A program made the position numbers and the translations under genes. Below, one piece after another: positions 60,101 to 64,000 of a DNA stretch of 64,000 nt; position 1 is the first letter of the stretch; each line of letters starts with the position of its first letter. Source of the DNA: a virus (Duplodnaviria > Caudoviricetes). Below the pieces are notes generated by a model. The model made no database searches, was not told the origin of the DNA, and was given only the letters and a program-made list of their open reading frames with translations. Where the stretch lies: the IMG/VR virus record IMGVR_UViG_3300030095_005813, positions 1-64,000 of that record, one strand, 5' to 3'.

Positions 60101-60240
60101 TTTACATAGGTAGTTCAGCAGGAAAAATAAATAATACCGTATCATCTACAAGTGGTGACATAGTAAGAGTTGTAGGCCATAGTTATGGTAATGGTGTTGT
60201 TTATTTTAATCCTGATAACACATTTATTGAAGTTGCATAA
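57184..60240 (+). CDS. modular tail fibre protein
   Basis: MPNWKKVITSGS start; many HITASG.IS.SG junctions; three internal repeats; C-terminal IVRVVGH...YFNPDNTFIEV. Confidence 0.8.
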   Translation: MPNWKKVITSGSNAQLNQITASGDISVGDATVKTLTLTHHTDGTDRSAYPGNFYMGSNNVISSDDSLYVDGAFRAGDGIFIVSNSPTTDEVVTIDGNMNISSHITASGDISSSGIIHSSSSIKTNLTKLVTYDDATGIFHITASSGFVNGAGGGTTTNGLTAGTGVDMGNGTGGQIFNGASALTLNLDLTEVITSDGANRVLTSDGDGTLTAEANLAFDGNGVDVTGHITASGTISASGTIIADAITTGNSAFHNGIFNSGPVNPKLKISSSNDILIESSDDIFFKSDGTTIAQIKGGEAILDLNGTLDVSSHITSSGNISSSGIINASASIKSNLTKLVTYDDATGIFHITASSGFVNGDGGGDGDMTGVDLTGGSGITIGSETNTTSGDYSATISVASATISGSFLGQNVLSGSALEGTRTIISGSVNSTGSFGRVEAVGIITAEGLVISDDAEITDDLTVNGDIDLEGDIDVNGTANLDAVDIDGNVQLGGNLTVGTNGSSHDIEVHSNTSGKKFNWHATNAYMNFVDNTKLSFGTPATAGGYDSAIYSDGTVNRFQGVIGDILLDTHGDNCNRVFISGSGQSNFAVHGHITASGNISASGNVITSQVGSADDDLLVRGENITNTLDVGGDFIIQEGVTERLKFDGGDDSFTLTGNITTSGNISSSGTIISNDITADAVTGVDSILNTGLKVGRDSTDLIDFTSDNQIKFRVNDVNEFVLAENIFRPGGSGGAGLGNSAKKWSELVVNHITASNNISASGLLMSSASIKGNLTKLVTYDDATGQYHITASSGFVNGSSGGGSGDMTGVDLTGGTNVSIASETNTTSGDYSATINLDDSITLAGDFLQSGPGAGNYVSSSQGNLELSGSGKGQLEVDYRLFDTGSGGVAGSVGQAVGDVIKFGGSVTSPGRLYHLTGTGTWSTTRRDIVGSCTGSLAIALGTNSTNDGMMIRGMVSCSTQFSYSSSIGGPVYIGSSAGKINNTVSSTSGDIVRVVGHSYGNGVVYFNPDNTFIEVA

Positions 60241-61013
60241 TGGCAAACATAAGTAAAATAAAAAAAGTACCTATAGATAATATTACAAAACTTTCTAACA
60301 GAACTTTAGCAGAAGGTGATTCTGTTTTAGGGTTATTGAAACCATCAGGTGGAACTCAAGTAATAGCATTATATAATTTTGAAGACCAAACCACTCAAGA
60401 AAGTGGTGCTAGTGATTGGAACCCATCTGGAACGCATTCAGGTTGGGAAACAGATACAGCAGTTGTTACTGGTGGTGGTTCTTGGGGTAATCCAGCAAGT
60501 AATGGAAACACAACAACAGATGGGTGGAATTTAGGTTTTGGTTCAACAACAAGTGGTGGAACAGGACCAACTGGTGCACTTCATGCTGATTTAGATGGTT
60601 CACACGATACAAGTGGAAGATATATGTATGTAGAAGGAACTGGTGTAAAAGATGATAGAGTTTGTGTTGTAAGAACTCCTGGATTTAATTTTTCAACTGC
60701 AATGAACAACACTGGTAATGATTTAAATTTAAAATTTTGGTTACATCAATATTCATCAAACAATAGTGGTCACAATTTATACATTTATATTGATGATTCT
60801 TCAACTTCTACTGAATCAGATGCTACTTTACTTCATACTATTACTGATTTTACTGAATATAATACTTTTAGTGCAAATTGGAGTCAAAAAACCGTGAGTT
60901 TAAATAGTTATAGAACAACAGATGCTACTCATTATATTTATTTTGTAGCAGATGGTGCAACAACTTTTAGATGTGATATTTGTATAGACAATGTTGAATT
61001 TAAGGAAGGTTAG
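60240..61013 (+). CDS. MAM-domain virion/adhesion protein
   Basis: YNFE...W...TGPTG...D.SGRYMYVE...RTP...LKFWLHQY...W....V.L...F...DICIDNV matches the MAM pattern. Confidence 0.75.
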   Translation: MANISKIKKVPIDNITKLSNRTLAEGDSVLGLLKPSGGTQVIALYNFEDQTTQESGASDWNPSGTHSGWETDTAVVTGGGSWGNPASNGNTTTDGWNLGFGSTTSGGTGPTGALHADLDGSHDTSGRYMYVEGTGVKDDRVCVVRTPGFNFSTAMNNTGNDLNLKFWLHQYSSNNSGHNLYIYIDDSSTSTESDATLLHTITDFTEYNTFSANWSQKTVSLNSYRTTDATHYIYFVADGATTFRCDICIDNVEFKEG

Positions 61014-61015
61014 AA

Positions 61016-61240
61016 ATGATTTGTGAATATTGTAATGAAAATATGAAAGATGGTACATATGTTTGTACAACAGAAGGTTATAGTGTTTTAGATAGCAATG
61101 ATAATTTAGTTCAAATTGTAGCTACTCATAGTGGTATACCTGCAGATGATGAAGAAGTAGATGAATCAGAACCTGTTAAGTATTGTAAATGTCAAGTATA
61201 TTTTTTAAATTACTACAGACCTAATTCAGGAGGTATCTAA
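61016..61240 (+). CDS. small Cys-containing hypothetical protein
   Basis: CEYC and YCKC motifs; tight operon spacing. Confidence 0.6.
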   Translation: MICEYCNENMKDGTYVCTTEGYSVLDSNDNLVQIVATHSGIPADDEEVDESEPVKYCKCQVYFLNYYRPNSGGI

Positions 61241-61242
61241 GT

Positions 61243-61890
61243 ATGCCTTATGTAGATATATTACCTGGTGATTCAACAGCTGTTGGTTATAGTGATGAAA
61301 CAGATAGTGGAACGAGTGGTTGTGTAACACATGCTGGTAATGCACTTACAGATAATGGTACTAATTGTCTTGTTCAAAGAAATGATGGAACTGGTGGAGT
61401 AGCTGTAGGTGCTTGTTACAATGGTGTTATAGAACTTATTTGGGACGATGCAGGCTCTTTACCAGATGGTGTATCAATAAATGGTATACAATTTATTTTT
61501 GAATGTAAAGGTAATTTATATGATTTAACTGATGGTGTGCAATATAGAGTATCAACAGACGGAGGTAGTAATTATTCATCGTATCAAGATGCTGACTTGA
61601 CTGGTATGGCAAATAATAAAGCTTCAACATTATCAGTTATAGCTGTCCCATCTTCTGCAGCAGGTAATCCACCATTTGGTGTATCTGCTACATTAAATAA
61701 ATCTGGATTAGAAACTGAACAACTTAAACTAAGATTTAAACTTAATTCATTAAATCCTAATACAAGTAGATTCAATGTTGACTATGTTAAGGCAAGAATA
61801 CATTATGCAGTATCTAACCCTGAGATAAATACACGATGTGCAATTGGTGGTGTTTTAAGTATAAAAGGTGGAAGTTTACTAATTAAATAA
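61243..61890 (+). CDS. hypothetical beta-sandwich virion protein
   Basis: GGAGG SD; YRVSTDGGSNYS Asp-box-like motif; VDYVKARIHY. Confidence 0.65.
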   Translation: MPYVDILPGDSTAVGYSDETDSGTSGCVTHAGNALTDNGTNCLVQRNDGTGGVAVGACYNGVIELIWDDAGSLPDGVSINGIQFIFECKGNLYDLTDGVQYRVSTDGGSNYSSYQDADLTGMANNKASTLSVIAVPSSAAGNPPFGVSATLNKSGLETEQLKLRFKLNSLNPNTSRFNVDYVKARIHYAVSNPEINTRCAIGGVLSIKGGSLLIK

Positions 61891-61933
61891 TAAATATATT
61901 TGATATTTATAAATAGACCAAGAGAGAGACTTT

Positions 61934-64000
61934 ATGCCAATAACATTTAATTCAGAAGGAGGATTCCTTAACGGGACCGTTAGTTCAAGTAATGGTGATT
62001 TGTTTATTACCACAAGTGGTTCTGCTGGTTCAATTCATATTGGCAATCAAGTATTAACAGGTTCTCAAATTATTGAAAAAGATGACGCTGGTAAAATTAG
62101 AAATAAAAGAACATTCAATGCAGATGGAACAATCACACAAGAAAAATTTGACCAAAATGGAAAAATAACTGAAACAAAAGTTAAAAATCCAGGTTCTGGA
62201 AAAGAAACTTTTCGAAGTGCAAGTGCTACAACAAATCAAATAGAATTTCAACAAAATTCAAATGGAGCTTTTATTTCGGTTTCTGGTTCTTCACCTGGAT
62301 TCAATGTTATTAATTCACCAAGAAAATCATATAGACTGATTAGAGAAACACAAGACCAATATATTGATTTGTCTAATCCTCAATTCAATCTTTGGACAAA
62401 TGGTATTGCTCAGAGTGATTTTACATACGATGCTACTAAAGTATACTCAGGTTCTTTTGTATTTTCACCAGCATCAAATATGTCTACTCCAATATTAATT
62501 TTAAGTAAATCAGGTGATGTAAGAATACCTGGTAAATTATATGCAGAAGAATATCATACTGAATTTATTTCATCATCAATTCTTTTTAGAAGTGGTTCAA
62601 CACAATTTGGTAACTCACACGATGATACACATACATTTACAGGAACATTTGTAAATGCAATAACTGCTAGTGGAAACATATCTTCAAGTGGAAACATAAC
62701 TGCCGTATCAATGAGTGGTGATGGTAGTGGTTTGACAAATATAAGTGCAACGGTAAATGCATCTGCAATAACTGGTTCATTTAAAACTTTATCAGCAAGT
62801 TTGGCAACAAGAATAAATACTGAAGTTGTAGCCAATTCATCAACAAGTTCATTTGTATTAAATTCACAAACTAGCTCATTCGCAACATCAGAGTACTCAT
62901 CTGGAGACATCAGTGGTTCATTTTTACAATTATCACAATCAATAGGTACATCAAGAGCATTAAAAACTTCTGTAAGTGGCTCATTTACAGCATTGTCTTC
63001 AAGTTTAACAACAAGAATAAATACTGAAGTTGTAGCCAATTCATCAACAAGTTCTTTTATAACTGATTCACAAACTGGTTCATTTGCAACATCAGAGTAC
63101 TCATCAGGTGATATTAGTGGTTCATTTTTATCATTAAGTAGCTCCATAGCAACTTCAAGAGCTTTAAAGACAACTATAAGTGGTTCATTTAAAACTTTAT
63201 CTGCGAGTCTTGCTACAAGAATAAATACAACCGTAGTTGCTAATGCATCAACAAGTTCATTTTTAACACCAAGTGATACAGGTTCATTCTTAACAACCTC
63301 ACCATATTCATCTGCAGATATTAGTGGCTCTTTTTTATCATTAAGTAGTTCTATAGCAACTTCAAGAGCATTAAAGTCTGGAATTAGTGGTTCATTTAGA
63401 ACTTTATCGGCAAGTTTAGCAACAAGAATAAACACAACCGTAGTTGCTAATGCTTCTACGAGTTCATTTGTATTGAATTCCCAAACAAGTTCTTTTGCAA
63501 CATCAGAATATTCTTCTGGAGACATCAGTGGTTCATTTTTATCATTAAGTAGCTCCATAGCAACTTCAAGAGCATTAAAGTCTGGAATTAGTGGTTCATT
63601 TAAATCACTATCAGCAAGTTTAGCAACAAGGATAAATACAGAGGTTGTAGCTAATGCCTCGACAAGTTCATTTGTTTTAAATTCACAAACAGGTTCATTT
63701 TTAACTACATCTCCTTATTCATCTGGTGATATTAGTGGTTCGTTTTTAGCATTATCACAATCAATAGGTACATCAAGAGCATTAAAATCTGGAATTAGTG
63801 GTTCATTTGTTTTAGTTTCTTCAAGTTTAGCATCAAGAATTTCAATTGCAGAGTCAGAATTAGGAAATACATTAATCAGTTCATCAGCTCAAATAGCAAG
63901 TAATATATCAGGTTCTTGGGAAAGTTTAGGTTTATTATCAGGGTCGGCTCAAATTGCTACTTCTATAAGTGGTTCTTTTGTAGAAGCGTCATCAAGTTTT
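61934..64000 (+). CDS. Ser/Thr-rich tail fibre-like protein, 3' truncated, not in ORF track
   Basis: ATG 61934 (MPITFNSEGG...) reads open to window end; SGSTQFGNSHDDTHTFTG motif; ATATTTAT at 61903. Confidence 0.85.
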   Translation, partial: MPITFNSEGGFLNGTVSSSNGDLFITTSGSAGSIHIGNQVLTGSQIIEKDDAGKIRNKRTFNADGTITQEKFDQNGKITETKVKNPGSGKETFRSASATTNQIEFQQNSNGAFISVSGSSPGFNVINSPRKSYRLIRETQDQYIDLSNPQFNLWTNGIAQSDFTYDATKVYSGSFVFSPASNMSTPILILSKSGDVRIPGKLYAEEYHTEFISSSILFRSGSTQFGNSHDDTHTFTGTFVNAITASGNISSSGNITAVSMSGDGSGLTNISATVNASAITGSFKTLSASLATRINTEVVANSSTSSFVLNSQTSSFATSEYSSGDISGSFLQLSQSIGTSRALKTSVSGSFTALSSSLTTRINTEVVANSSTSSFITDSQTGSFATSEYSSGDISGSFLSLSSSIATSRALKTTISGSFKTLSASLATRINTTVVANASTSSFLTPSDTGSFLTTSPYSSADISGSFLSLSSSIATSRALKSGISGSFRTLSASLATRINTTVVANASTSSFVLNSQTSSFATSEYSSGDISGSFLSLSSSIATSRALKSGISGSFKSLSASLATRINTEVVANASTSSFVLNSQTGSFLTTSPYSSGDISGSFLALSQSIGTSRALKSGISGSFVLVSSSLASRISIAESELGNTLISSSAQIASNISGSWESLGLLSGSAQIATSISGSFVEASSSF
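62774..63808 (+). repeat. coding tandem repeat, 5 units of 204/207 bp (68/69 aa)
   Basis: Units start at 62774, 62978, 63182, 63389 and 63593 (GSFKTLSASLATRINT...SRALKSGIS). Confidence 0.9.

Noticed and set aside
62554-63558. 334-aa minus-strand ORF
   Set aside because: Antisense shadow of the real + strand gene starting at 61934
1-64000. Stop-codon reassignment, tRNA genes, introns or inteins
   Set aside because: Genes are intact and densely packed under the standard code, with TAA, TAG and TGA all used as stops; no cloverleaf or splicing motifs were recognised by eye

Overview
Gene-dense, AT-rich segment of a large tailed dsDNA phage with a contractile (myovirus-type) tail. Every credible gene is on the + strand except one small regulator. 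1-9.2 kb: accessory and host-takeover genes (VWA protein, 5'(3')-nucleotidase, Hsp20, peptide deformylase, porin plus small membrane protein, PhoH, HD protein, gp55-like sigma factor). 9.2-32 kb: baseplate and virion genes (gp5-, gp25-, gp6-, gp7-like). 32-38 kb: RuvC-like resolvase, primase, cytidylyltransferase, HAD phosphomannomutase and a fused Mre11-Rad50. 38-64 kb: very large modular tail-fibre/adhesin genes. Signals not shown by the ORF track: (i) a nucleotide-conserved junction repeat in the fibre genes, flanking a 195-bp cassette shared by two genes whose differences are almost all amino-acid changing; (ii) a GC-rich structured RNA candidate at the ribosome-binding site of a fibre gene; (iii) a porin operon with a long structured leader beside phoH; (iv) apparent avoidance of ACWGT and GATC; (v) a deformylase with a SecA-tail-like extension; (vi) a missed antisense ribbon-helix-helix gene; (vii) two promoter classes. 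All calls were made by eye from motifs; no searches were run.
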